This document shows, piece after piece, positions 52,136 through 62,365 of a stretch of 64,000 bases of DNA. The translations under genes and the position numbers were made by a program. The stretch's first letter is position 1; every line of letters begins with the position of its first letter. The notes beneath the pieces were generated by a model. The model ran no database searches, was not told where the DNA came from, and saw nothing but the letters and a program-made list of their open reading frames with translations. The DNA comes from Meyerozyma guilliermondii (Eukaryota), in assembly GCA_051546255.1 (NCBI GenBank), contig CP128816.1:806001-870000 (forward strand), read 5' to 3'.

Positions 52136-54307
52136 TCATTTTTCAACAATAATTGCATCCAAATCGTCAAACAATTCGTTCAACAAATTTATGTCTTCTT
52201 CGTTATACTGGAAATTCAAAGGTGAAAAAGTATACCTGGCTCGAGATTCGGTGCTGAAACCTTGCACCCTTTGTGAAGATAATTGACCAATTATTTCGTC
52301 GTATCTGTTCGAAATACTTTGATTAATATCATGAAGTATTGCCTTTTCTTCACTGGTGTTATTTTTCATTCCCATACTGAAATCCAATTGAAATTCAATA
52401 AGTGCAAATCGATTCAAAATATTAATATAGGAGGACTGACCTCTCGACTGGAAAAGAACTTTCAAGGAGCTCAACAATTTTAAGATTTGCTTGAATTTAC
52501 CTTTGGCTATGAGATTTCCATGCAATCGAATTTCAATAAGTATATCCAACATTACTTCCAATTTGCGGATTAAACGCTGTGCCTCGAAGTTGCCCGTGGA
52601 GTTAAGTTCCTCATCAAGTTGAAGGATTAGACAAATGATAAGACTTACAGTTGAACTACATATGTAATCCAACTCAGTTATATCAAAGATGTTGAGTAGC
52701 CGTTTTCTGCGAAGAATTAGTAATATCTGTACGGATTTACTTGTAGATATCGCAAATGCTCTCAAGGCTTTTTGAACACCGTTAGGTAATGTCTTGATCA
52801 AGATATTGCTATTTTGAAACTTCAATGGGTCACGAAATGCTAGTATGGAAAACCTGGCTAGATGTAGCACAATTGGAACGGATGCAAGGTGAACATGATG
52901 ATAGTAGTTCAAGTGAATTCCAAGAACAAGCTTCTGAGATGGACTAGTAAAATTTGGAGAGCCAGGTTCCGTTGTACTCAACACTTTCTGCGTCAACTCA
53001 TTTATGTCCGTGAACTTTTGGCTCATCGCAGTCAACGCTTCAAGTGTCGATAAGATCGACTTCAAATAGTTCTTTGTATCCATCGCGGAACGCAGCGTAT
53101 ATACCTCGTGAACAATTCTCTCCGCTATTTTTGCTAGTTCGATATTGAACTCGGTAGAGCTTGAAATTGATTTTGGTATTTCGGTTTCGATTTCCTGTTC
53201 ATGAAGTAAAATGGGCTGGCCAATCCTACAACTGAGAAATCGGTTCAATGAATATGTAGACCAGAATAAATGCAGGTGGTCGAACCCTTCTTTGTTGAGT
53301 CGATTGGGGTACAATGACTTCTTATGAAGATTTAAAGCTATGCATAATTCCAAGGCATTCAAGGTCACCATTGCTGATCGGTTTTTCTTGTCAAAGCATC
53401 TCATGTACAATGCAACGAGTCCCAATAATTCTATCACTTCAAATGTCTCTGATGGATTGTGGTGAGAAATAGTTAATATCTGCATGGCCAGTGGTAGATA
53501 GGACATTACAAGCTTATATGGAGTTAGTCCCGGAATTTCCTTGGTAGCTAAGGACGAGCCGTTCAATTTATAGGCAAATATCAGCCCTAGCGCTGTTACC
53601 ATTAGCGTCTTGCAACCAAAATACTGATAGTCTACTCGAGCCGATGGGAGGCGTAGGTATCCGTTGCTTCCTGTACAATATCTTGTCACATCCCTCATGA
53701 ACTTGGATGGATCAAAGGTTAGAAATCCGTAGTCAACATTATCTAACATTAGCTGCAATGCTTCTTCCATTTCCTTTGAAGTGAGGGACGTAAGGTGATT
53801 CTCGATATCAAATTCGGTAGTGCTCATTCCCTTGGCAAACATGACTGAATCATAATTATCTTCCTCTACTAGGGAGGTAAAATTGGGCATAACATCAACT
53901 TCTGATAAGTTTTTCTTGAGATCATCATCAATACACCAATGTATGAGATTGTAACATACTAGCTCACTGGAACCTGATCCCAAAAATAGTGAAAGATTCA
54001 TTTTATTTTTCTCCATATTTTGGCTGTTCTCTGCTTCAAAGTAAGCAGGGAGGCTTGAAGTTTCTTGTGCACTTATGATCTCTTCTAGCTCGCGAATACG
54101 ACTCTGAAGAGCATGGATTTGTGTGTCCATTACACTTATTCTTCGTGGCCGTCGTGGGCGATTTTCGAACACACATGGCAGTTGGGAAACATTGCAATTA
54201 CGACATGGCTCAGTGCCACTACATTTCACCTTGCGTACACGGCAGCGGATGCATGCTTCACGAGATTTAAGGGGGCTACTAGCTTCATGTTCCATTAGCA
54301 GTGTCAT
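52136..54307 (-). CDS. Zn(II)2Cys6 transcription factor with Fungal_trans domain
   Basis: ACIRCRVRKVKCSGTEPCRNC...C; LNLHK...HLFWSTYSLNRFLS..IGQP. Confidence 0.9.
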   Translation of the reverse strand: MTLLMEHEASSPLKSREACIRCRVRKVKCSGTEPCRNCNVSQLPCVFENRPRRPRRISVMDTQIHALQSRIRELEEIISAQETSSLPAYFEAENSQNMEKNKMNLSLFLGSGSSELVCYNLIHWCIDDDLKKNLSEVDVMPNFTSLVEEDNYDSVMFAKGMSTTEFDIENHLTSLTSKEMEEALQLMLDNVDYGFLTFDPSKFMRDVTRYCTGSNGYLRLPSARVDYQYFGCKTLMVTALGLIFAYKLNGSSLATKEIPGLTPYKLVMSYLPLAMQILTISHHNPSETFEVIELLGLVALYMRCFDKKNRSAMVTLNALELCIALNLHKKSLYPNRLNKEGFDHLHLFWSTYSLNRFLSCRIGQPILLHEQEIETEIPKSISSSTEFNIELAKIAERIVHEVYTLRSAMDTKNYLKSILSTLEALTAMSQKFTDINELTQKVLSTTEPGSPNFTSPSQKLVLGIHLNYYHHVHLASVPIVLHLARFSILAFRDPLKFQNSNILIKTLPNGVQKALRAFAISTSKSVQILLILRRKRLLNIFDITELDYICSSTVSLIICLILQLDEELNSTGNFEAQRLIRKLEVMLDILIEIRLHGNLIAKGKFKQILKLLSSLKVLFQSRGQSSYINILNRFALIEFQLDFSMGMKNNTSEEKAILHDINQSISNRYDEIIGQLSSQRVQGFSTESRARYTFSPLNFQYNEEDINLLNELFDDLDAIIVEK

Positions 54308-54512
54308 GTTTGCATATCATCTGGGTTCCTAGGGTAACAATATGAAGCCTGCATAGTAATGCATAGATAAGGGTTCGGGATCATCAAATTTGTTCCGATC
54401 GCTGAACAACTTATCTGCCGGATTGGGTGCAAATTGCTATATCTGTAGCTGTAGTTACTTTGAAGGAGAATATAGATAAATAGCCGAAAATCCAAGCAGC
54501 TACCCACTAATC

Positions 54513-56117
54513 ATGTTTGGGAAAGAAGACCTGTCCGTTCCTGGAACAGTTTATATGGTTGACCTCGACGGTCTGCAAAGAGTTCAAGAAACCAATACTC
54601 ATGGGGCAAACGTTATATTAGTTCCACAACCAAGCGATGATCCGAACGATCCACTCAGATGGCTGACAAGAAAGAAACTTCTTCAATTTTGGTTTTTATT
54701 TTTGTGGGCTTTTATGCAAGGAGTTATTACGAACTGGACCGGCCCAGTGTTCAGTATTTGGATGGAAGAGCTACCTTGTACTCAGATGCAATTGAATATC
54801 GCCAGAGCTCTCATGCTATTATTCTTATGCATGGGTTGTCTCTTTTTGCAGCCTTTAGCCTTAAAATTAGGACGGAGAATGGTTTATGTTTGCTGCACGT
54901 TGGTGCAGATTGTGGTCTGCATCATAGGCTCCCAAATGAATTCAATCAAAGTCTTCTACTTGATGCAGATCCTCACGGGCATAGCCGCATCTCCAGGAGA
55001 CGCATTAGTGGAGATTTCAACAACAGATGTCTTTTTCCAGCATGAAAGGGCATCCAAATTGACGTGGTTCATTTTGGCGCTTTACGGAGGGTGTGATTTG
55101 GGACCGGTAGCTGCAGGATACATCGTTAGTAACCTATCGTGGAGGTGGTGCTATTGGATACAACTCATCATATTCTGTTGCATGCTTGTTCTTCAAATTT
55201 TGTTTATGGAAGATACAACGTTCTCCCGAATTGACGAGCACGATACCGCATCCTCTGAAGAGCCCATATTGGTTGAAACGGCTCTTAAGAACAATTACAA
55301 GGTCAGCGAGGACGATGTAGAAATCGACCGGCCTTTACGTACTTTTTGGCAAAGAAGGGCGCTTTGGGAATCAGAATATGGTGACCATCGACCCTATTTG
55401 GCCCTTCTTTTACGACCTTTCTTGCTTATAGGATTCCCTGGAATTATTTGGAGTGGTCTTGTTTACGGTGCCCAGATGTTTTGGTTATCACTTTTAGCGG
55501 TTACCCAGTCTGCATTCTACTCGGCACCACCATACAATTTCAGCGAAGCAAGCGTTGGCTTGACAAATGTTGGAGCGTTCGTGGGAGTGCTTATCGGGAT
55601 GTTTTATGGCGGACCTTTTGTGGACTATTTAACAATCAAGCTTACCCAGAGAAACAACGGAGTTATGGAGCCAGAATTCCGATTATGGGCTATGGCAATT
55701 CCCACAGTATTTAATGCCGGTGGGTTACTCGCATATGGCTTGAGCATCTACTATGGAGCACATTGGTTCGTTTCAGTTGGAATTGGCCAGGCTCTTCTAG
55801 GATTCTCGATGTCCTCTTCTGGAGGTATTTGCTTAACATACTCAGTGGATAGCACTCCTAATTTGGCTAAAGAAGCACTTGTGCTTATCTTGGTAATGAG
55901 AAATCTTATCGGAATGGGATTCACATTCGCAATTGGACCATGGCTCGACAAGTGCGGCGTTATGGAAACTACCTGCTTGATGTTTATGTTGAGCGTGTTG
56001 ATCAATGCTCCATTTATTTTGTTCTTAAAGTACGGGAAAAGCCTTAGGATCATGACCAAAGCAAGATATGAGCGCTATTCAGATCCACATCTTTCAATGG
56101 CACATGTTTTTAGATAA
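54513..56117 (+). CDS. MFS transporter, Hol1-like
   Basis: PGTV, ILVPQPSDDPNDPL.W, GRR.VY, DVFFQHERA, PPYNFS, NNGVMEPEFRL. Confidence 0.9.
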   Translation: MFGKEDLSVPGTVYMVDLDGLQRVQETNTHGANVILVPQPSDDPNDPLRWLTRKKLLQFWFLFLWAFMQGVITNWTGPVFSIWMEELPCTQMQLNIARALMLLFLCMGCLFLQPLALKLGRRMVYVCCTLVQIVVCIIGSQMNSIKVFYLMQILTGIAASPGDALVEISTTDVFFQHERASKLTWFILALYGGCDLGPVAAGYIVSNLSWRWCYWIQLIIFCCMLVLQILFMEDTTFSRIDEHDTASSEEPILVETALKNNYKVSEDDVEIDRPLRTFWQRRALWESEYGDHRPYLALLLRPFLLIGFPGIIWSGLVYGAQMFWLSLLAVTQSAFYSAPPYNFSEASVGLTNVGAFVGVLIGMFYGGPFVDYLTIKLTQRNNGVMEPEFRLWAMAIPTVFNAGGLLAYGLSIYYGAHWFVSVGIGQALLGFSMSSSGGICLTYSVDSTPNLAKEALVLILVMRNLIGMGFTFAIGPWLDKCGVMETTCLMFMLSVLINAPFILFLKYGKSLRIMTKARYERYSDPHLSMAHVFR

Positions 56118-56530
56118 ATTGATGATTTTAGAGCGATGGTTTGACTTCAGTTGTGTTAGAAGACCTGTATGCTGAAAATAGAGGTGTCTGCTACAGAACA
56201 CAACCGGCTGCTGAGACAAAGTCAGGTTAATTGTAAAAGCTTCAGGTTTAAGCGGATAGCTCAAATACCATATCTGAGCAACGAAGATGGCCTCATCCGT
56301 GATATAGCTCTAACAATTATCTATTTGGTCTTTCGGACCAGCTTAATGAAACTCGTATTCGATTACGTCAGAATCACGATTAACACCGAACTCCACCTGC
56401 AGCCTTGCCCCATTCAGTGCGGCACGCATGTGGGAGCAAGTGTGATCATTTTTTCGCAGTCGTAGCAATCCTATAAAGGCAGCAACACCCTACATATAAT
56501 TTCACTTCCTTAGTCTGATTATTTCAAATC

Positions 56531-57676
56531 ATGGGTAACGGTACTAAAATTCTCGCTACTGGCGCAATTGCGGCAGGTGGTCTCTACTACTATGACCAGA
56601 ACGTGCAACCAATCTTCTCCCGTAGAAAGGTTCCCCCTGCTCCTAATTCCACCTACACCTCAACTTACGGTAAGCAGGCTGATCCATTCGAAGAGAGAAC
56701 GAATGAACTTGACCTGCGTGTGTCGACATACAAGACACCTCAGCAAAAGAAGATTTCTCAAAAGGCTGAAAATGCCTATGATTCGATCAAGCACTCTTCG
56801 TTGGTCAACAAGTTGTCATCCAAATCGGACGAATTGGAGAACAAATTGGACGACCACAACAAGAACGCGTTGGTTCGTCTTGGCGACAAGTACATTGACT
56901 TGGTCAACAAGGTGAGTGGCGATGGTCCCATCTCCGAGCGTGAGTTGCGTGAACGTGCCAACAGACTCCAGGCGAGAGCCGACAGGGAGGCTTCTTCATG
57001 GTTCAATTGGTTCGGAGCCAAGAAGGACGAGGCCGGCGACAGATTGGATGACGCCAGAAAGCACGCCGAAAGAGAAAAGAAGTCGTGGTTCTCGTGGGGT
57101 GAGAAGAAGGCTGACGAGGCTTCCGACAAGGTTGAGGCCAAAAAGAATGAGTTGTCCAAGGAGGCTTCATCATGGTCTTCTTGGGGCCAGAGAAAGAAGG
57201 ACGAGGCTGCCAACAAGTTAGATAAGGAAGCATCGTCGTGGTCTTCTTGGGGCGAAAAGAAGAAGGATGAAGCTGCCGACAAGTTAGACAAGGAAGCATC
57301 GTCATGGTCATCTTGGGGCTCGAAGAAGAAGAACGAGGCCGAAAGAGAAGTCGACCGCACCAAGAAGGACTGGGCTGACAGTGTTGAAGACACCAAGAGA
57401 GCTGCTGAGGAACGTTACAATGCGTCCAAGGATGCTTTGTCTAGCACCTACAACCAGGAGAAGCAAAGAGCCATTGACCAGTACAACAGATCAAAGAATG
57501 CATTGGACGACTTGACCCAATCTTTCGCCGACAAGACACATGCACTTTTCAAGACGCCTGAACCTGAAAAGGAGGAGAAGTTGCGTCGTGCTCGTGCTGA
57601 CTTGAAGAGCTCTCTTCAAAACTTGAAGTCGTACGGCGGCGATGTCATTGACGATGTCACTTCCAAGTTCAAGTAG
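56531..57676 (+). CDS. Mitochondrial outer-membrane Om45-like protein with Trp-containing repeats
   Basis: N-terminal signal anchor AIAAGGLYYY; charged helical body with SW(F/S)xWG repeats; strong codon bias. Confidence 0.7.
   Translation: MGNGTKILATGAIAAGGLYYYDQNVQPIFSRRKVPPAPNSTYTSTYGKQADPFEERTNELDLRVSTYKTPQQKKISQKAENAYDSIKHSSLVNKLSSKSDELENKLDDHNKNALVRLGDKYIDLVNKVSGDGPISERELRERANRLQARADREASSWFNWFGAKKDEAGDRLDDARKHAEREKKSWFSWGEKKADEASDKVEAKKNELSKEASSWSSWGQRKKDEAANKLDKEASSWSSWGEKKKDEAADKLDKEASSWSSWGSKKKNEAEREVDRTKKDWADSVEDTKRAAEERYNASKDALSSTYNQEKQRAIDQYNRSKNALDDLTQSFADKTHALFKTPEPEKEEKLRRARADLKSSLQNLKSYGGDVIDDVTSKFK
57158..57340 (+). repeat. 66-bp (22-aa) coding tandem repeat x~3 (KEASSWSSWGxKKKDEAAxKLD)
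   Basis: Read directly in DNA and protein. Confidence 0.9.
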
Positions 57677-57908
57677 AACGTTTATAGTGAATACACTGAC
57701 AGTTGACAAATAAAGTAGACATGTGAACTATGAACACACTGCAAAGGCAGTCTGAGACACTTTCTGAATCGGTATTTCAATCAGAATCTACTCAGTATTT
57801 CTCTCAGCATTTTTATTCAATCCTTGTCAATGTCTCACTCAATATCTCACCCAGTATTTCTCACTCGTAGTTCACTCAATTTTAAATTATTTTCGATCTC
57901 ACATTTTC

Positions 57909-59489
57909 ATGCTCCGCCAATTACCACGAATATACCTGACCAATGCCGAAATACTATCCAAGGACTTCCGCAAGGTCCCTACGCATCAACTATACACTAA
58001 ATTGGGGTTCATAAACCATCCAAAGCAAGGTTTGGTTCATTGGATGCCTCCTGGTTGGAACATGGTTCGCAAGCTTCAGACGATTATTCATCGCCACATG
58101 GTCGGTGCCGGGGCAGAAGAGGTCAATCTCTCTTTGCTTTCATCTGCTGAACTCTGGAACAAAACTGGAAGGTGGGAAAATAACGAATTGTTCAAATTGA
58201 ACGATGGAGAAACATGTCTAGCAGCGACATGCGAAGAAGAGATCACACAACTTGTGAAAAACCAAATTGCTTCCTATAAAAGTCTTCCCTTGTTATACTA
58301 TCAGATCAAGGAAAAGTATAGGGACGAAAAGAGACCACGAGGAGGACTTCTTCGTGGCCGAGAGTTTCTCATGAAAGATGCCTACTCGTTCGATATCGAT
58401 GAAAAGCTGGCTATGGAAACGTACAATACGGTTGTCAATGCTTACCATGGTGTATTCAAGGAGCTCAAGGTTCCATATGTGAAAGCGGAGGCCGATACAG
58501 GAGATATTGGAGGATCCTTATCGCATGAATGGCTCTATTTGCACCCACAAGGTGAAGATACAGTTTTTGTGTGCAAGTCTTGTGGAACAACTTCGAACAT
58601 GGAGAAAACTTTCTCATTCCCACAAACTCCCCAGGACTGTAAGAACGTGAGTGTAAGGTATTTCACCACTAAGGATGGGAACACTTTGGTATGTGCCTAC
58701 TTTCCATCGGACAGAATACTTCAACCAACACTTCTTAAGGAGGAGATTCCTGATATTGACTTGAAGAATACTGAAAGCGACAAAATCCTCGACCAGTTTT
58801 CCAATCCTGAAACCATGTTGAACAAGAAAGTTGTGCGGATCATGGACAGCAGACTTACATCCCGGTCTCATTTTCCAGACTTTCCCATTCCGTTTGTTAA
58901 CCGTTCCTTCATAACCACACTCACAGACATTCCAATTGTCACCGCCGAGGCCGGAGAGATTTGTGGAAGCTGTGAGGATGGAGAACTCGAGTGTCTGAGG
59001 GCCATTGAAGTGGCTCATACTTTCTATTTGGGCGACAAATATACCGACCCTCTAGAGTGTACAGTGCAAGTTCCAGGGCCCAATGGAGTTACAGAAGAAC
59101 GCAACTTGATGATGGGATGTTATGGAATTGGATTGAGTCGAATAATTGGAGCCATTGGAGAAATTTGCAAAGATGAAAATGGGTTCAGATGGCCAGCTGC
59201 GATCAGTCCATGGACAGCTACAGTTATCACTTCTGGTGAATTGGGTGAGGATTTGAAGCAAACGTTGGAATCAATGAACATAGACATGTGTGTGGATTCC
59301 AGGTCCAAGGTGGGAATTGGTAAGAAAGTTCGCCAGTCGCAGGCCATGGGTATACCGATAAGCATCATTGTGGGCAACAAATATCCACAAATAGAGGTGA
59401 ATGTTCGGGGAGTTGGCAAGGACGAGGTGCGGATGGTGGGTGTGGACGAGTTGGGGGAGTATGTGGGGAGAGTGTTGAAGGAGATTTGA
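57909..59489 (+). CDS. AIM10: Mitochondrial prolyl-tRNA synthetase
   Basis: LAATCEEEIT, KYRDEKRPRGGLLRGREFLMKDAYSFD, IEVAHTFYLG, MGCYGIG. Confidence 0.93.
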   Translation: MLRQLPRIYLTNAEILSKDFRKVPTHQLYTKLGFINHPKQGLVHWMPPGWNMVRKLQTIIHRHMVGAGAEEVNLSLLSSAELWNKTGRWENNELFKLNDGETCLAATCEEEITQLVKNQIASYKSLPLLYYQIKEKYRDEKRPRGGLLRGREFLMKDAYSFDIDEKLAMETYNTVVNAYHGVFKELKVPYVKAEADTGDIGGSLSHEWLYLHPQGEDTVFVCKSCGTTSNMEKTFSFPQTPQDCKNVSVRYFTTKDGNTLVCAYFPSDRILQPTLLKEEIPDIDLKNTESDKILDQFSNPETMLNKKVVRIMDSRLTSRSHFPDFPIPFVNRSFITTLTDIPIVTAEAGEICGSCEDGELECLRAIEVAHTFYLGDKYTDPLECTVQVPGPNGVTEERNLMMGCYGIGLSRIIGAIGEICKDENGFRWPAAISPWTATVITSGELGEDLKQTLESMNIDMCVDSRSKVGIGKKVRQSQAMGIPISIIVGNKYPQIEVNVRGVGKDEVRMVGVDELGEYVGRVLKEI

Positions 59490-59819
59490 TGTAAATAGAA
59501 ATCAGTGAGAATAGAGAATAGTGAAGAGACGAACATGATTAAAATTTAAATGGAATAAAGAGTCAAACATATATTCAGCAAATCAAACACAGATACGAAA
59601 CAATCAGTTGGTATATTGGATCTACGAAAATTCAGCTAAATGGGACAAAACGTATTTCTCGTAATGTGAGATAGACACTCTGTCTATCTCACCAAACCAC
59701 TTCGAAAATTCTCCACTTCAGCTCCTTCGCCAGCAACACGCTACACAGTTAACCTTCAACTCTTCCTATACACTCCCTACACTCCTTTCTCTCCCTACTC
59801 TTACCTTCATTTGCGTATA

Positions 59820-60130
59820 TTACGACGTAAACTTTCCAGTGATCTTGGCAAATACATGCAAAATAATCACCGAAAATATAAATCCAACCGCCAAAAACAA
59901 CACCACCAATGGGTCCACGCGGAACCCTTGCGCCTCGTCAGTGAATAATTGCATCATAGTGGCCGAAGAACCTCCAGCTCCGGCAGCTCTAGTGGATACT
60001 GGAGCGGCGCTAGCAGCCTGGGACTTCTTGTCGGCGACCGTTTTTCTTTTCTGGGCATTCCTTAACCCTCCTGGAGCTTGTGACTGTGTTAGAATTCATC
60101 GGTGCTAAGGTTTTGGAGGGTACATACCAT
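59820..60130 (-). CDS. SBH1: Sec61 translocon beta subunit, spliced: exon 1 = ATG (60130-60128), exon 2 = 60083-59820; 88 aa
   Basis: Spliced product MSQAPGGLRNAQKRK...AGGSSATMMQLFTDEAQGFRVDPLVVLFLAVGFIFSVIILHVFAKITGKFTS; not in the ORF track. Confidence 0.93.
60084..60127 (-). other. 44-nt spliceosomal intron in SBH1
   Basis: GTATGT...TTCTAAC-ACAG; removal restores the reading frame. Confidence 0.88.
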
Positions 60131-60431
60131 TTGACTTGACTGGGTATCTGTGCTGGCCTCACCTGGTAAAACGCGGCGTCGACATCGTGGTGCACTGGAG
60201 GTGGTCCGTGACAGTTTCTCGAGGCCCGGTGGTGAATTTTTTTCTCACTGATTTCTTTCCTTGATCGAGGCATATCCAGTACCATAGCCACCTGCACCCA
60301 TATTCAAAAGGTGTTTGCTACATACTTGTGCGTAGAAGTCGTCGCAGAATCACCAAGGACTTTTTTCGTTTGCTGATTTCACTCAAATACCCACTTTTTC
60401 ATCGGTTTTTTAAGTCATCTTTTGTGCTAAA

Positions 60432-62081
60432 ATGGATCTTCGGAACCTTGCCGCCACCCCCAGCCTCGACAGAAGACCGTCTATACTGTCGTTGTCGCTG
60501 TCTGGGTATGCTTCCTCGAACTATGGTGGAAATACCACGCCTCAACTTTCCAGTCAACGTTTAAATGGCGGCCGCCAATCGACTCCAGGACTGATTTCCG
60601 GTGGTCCTCCTACCGGGATTTCTGGTCCTTCGAGTGGTGCCGTTGCTTCTGCTAACCTGAACCCCTCGTCCTCTGCTTCCAATCAAGCCTGGAGCAACGT
60701 GGCCGGCGGCCTGACCATTGGCGTTGGCCCTTGGGTTGAGCAGCAGCAAGCCCAAGCAGCAGCGCTTAAAAAGAAAAAAACTAATGACGATGACGATGAT
60801 GAAAACAACGACAATAATAACGACGATGACGACGATGATGACGACCTCATTCCCACCGCCATTGTGATCAAAAATATTCCGTTCGCGATCAAGAAAGAAC
60901 AACTCTTGGACGTGATGACCAAGTTGAGCCTTCCGCTTCCCTATGCGTTCAACTACCATTTCGACAACGGAGTGTTCCGGGGGCTTGCGTTTGCAAACTT
61001 CACCCTGACCGACGAGACCACGCTGGTGGTGAACCAGTTGAACGGTCGTGAAATCGGTGGCCGCAAGCTTCGAGTTGAATACAAGAAAATGCTCCCGGCC
61101 CAGGAACGTGAGAGAATTGAACGTGAGAAGAGAGAGCGCCGGGGACAGTTGGAGGAGCAGCATCGCACCAATTCTAATGCATCTTTGGCACTGCTTCTTT
61201 CGGCCGCTTCCACCACCGCTGCCACGAAAAATTTGAGTGTGGGCACTGGAATTACCACCACCCATACCGAAAGACTCGCGGTGTCGTACCCTGTAGGAAG
61301 CACCCCGGTTCCAACCGAACTCAACATGAACGATGGTGATGTGTTGGAATTGTATTCGCAACTTCTTTTGTATCGTGACGAACCGACAAAGGCAGTGTAC
61401 GAGCTTGCGTTTCCAGCGCTTCTTCCAGCCCAGCGCAAAACACTCTCGCTTCTTTGTGGAGTACTTAACCTTCTCGAGTTGTACGATAATGGGACAATTA
61501 TAATCAGACGCCGACCAGGTCAACTTCCCCATCAGCCGGTGCCTGCTTCTGCATCCATGATGAACCTCACGTCGTTGCTGGGCCATCCCGAGTTGCTTCG
61601 TAGCCAGAGCCAGTCAGCATTGCCTATGCGTAGGCAAACCCCAACACCAATGGCTCTCGGTTCTGCCAATGGAGTGGCAGCTACCCCAGGAGCCACACCT
61701 GTCGCTTCTGTGCTTCCGCCGGTATCAGGAGGCCCTGGAGGAGCCACGAGCATACAATCGCAGACTACTGGTGCCCCAAGTGCAACTTCTGGCCAACCAT
61801 CAATGCCTGGTCTTCGGTACCCAATGAGGTCCAATAACCGTTCATTTGACGTTGCCCCTGGCGCCGAGTCGCCAACTCCACAACACGCGTTCTTTACAAG
61901 CCAGCCAACTACCCCAGCAGACCTTCAGTCTCGGTTTGCACCTTTTGGTGGAATGGGTTTTGGTTATAACCAGCTGCAAAATGGTACCGGTGGAGACGAA
62001 TATTCCACGTTTAATGATCCACTTTCCGTCAAGCTTTCGACACTCAACGTCGACAAGTCGGGAATCTGGGGTCCTAAATGA
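60432..62081 (+). CDS. PIN4: RRM-containing RNA-binding protein Pin4/Cip2 family
   Basis: PTAIVIKNIPFAIKKEQLL..LPLPYAFNYHFDNGVFRGLAFANF...GRKLRVEYKKMLP. Confidence 0.92.
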   Translation: MDLRNLAATPSLDRRPSILSLSLSGYASSNYGGNTTPQLSSQRLNGGRQSTPGLISGGPPTGISGPSSGAVASANLNPSSSASNQAWSNVAGGLTIGVGPWVEQQQAQAAALKKKKTNDDDDDENNDNNNDDDDDDDDLIPTAIVIKNIPFAIKKEQLLDVMTKLSLPLPYAFNYHFDNGVFRGLAFANFTLTDETTLVVNQLNGREIGGRKLRVEYKKMLPAQERERIEREKRERRGQLEEQHRTNSNASLALLLSAASTTAATKNLSVGTGITTTHTERLAVSYPVGSTPVPTELNMNDGDVLELYSQLLLYRDEPTKAVYELAFPALLPAQRKTLSLLCGVLNLLELYDNGTIIIRRRPGQLPHQPVPASASMMNLTSLLGHPELLRSQSQSALPMRRQTPTPMALGSANGVAATPGATPVASVLPPVSGGPGGATSIQSQTTGAPSATSGQPSMPGLRYPMRSNNRSFDVAPGAESPTPQHAFFTSQPTTPADLQSRFAPFGGMGFGYNQLQNGTGGDEYSTFNDPLSVKLSTLNVDKSGIWGPK

Positions 62082-62365
62082 TTAACGACATAGAGTCTAA
62101 TGACATACATGTATATGTGGTGTAGCCCTACGTCTTGAACTAAGCGTCTTGGACTCTGTCGACCTGCACATAATGGCCTGCACACGGCCGACGAAGAGGC
62201 AAATTTACCAAACTTAAATCAACATCATCAAACGCCCAACTTCCTAAATCGTTTCTGCAACACTAGGTGAACTCAAGATCGGTTATCTAACATTTGTGGG
62301 TCCCAGTGCACGTAGAGTTGTTTTCAAACCACTCCCAAACTTATTCCTCATAAACACCCTTCAAA

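Noticed and set aside
60561..61586. 341-aa antisense ORF opposite PIN4, and similar antisense ORFs opposite OM45-like, SQS1 and the permeases
   Set aside because: Shadow frames of real genes
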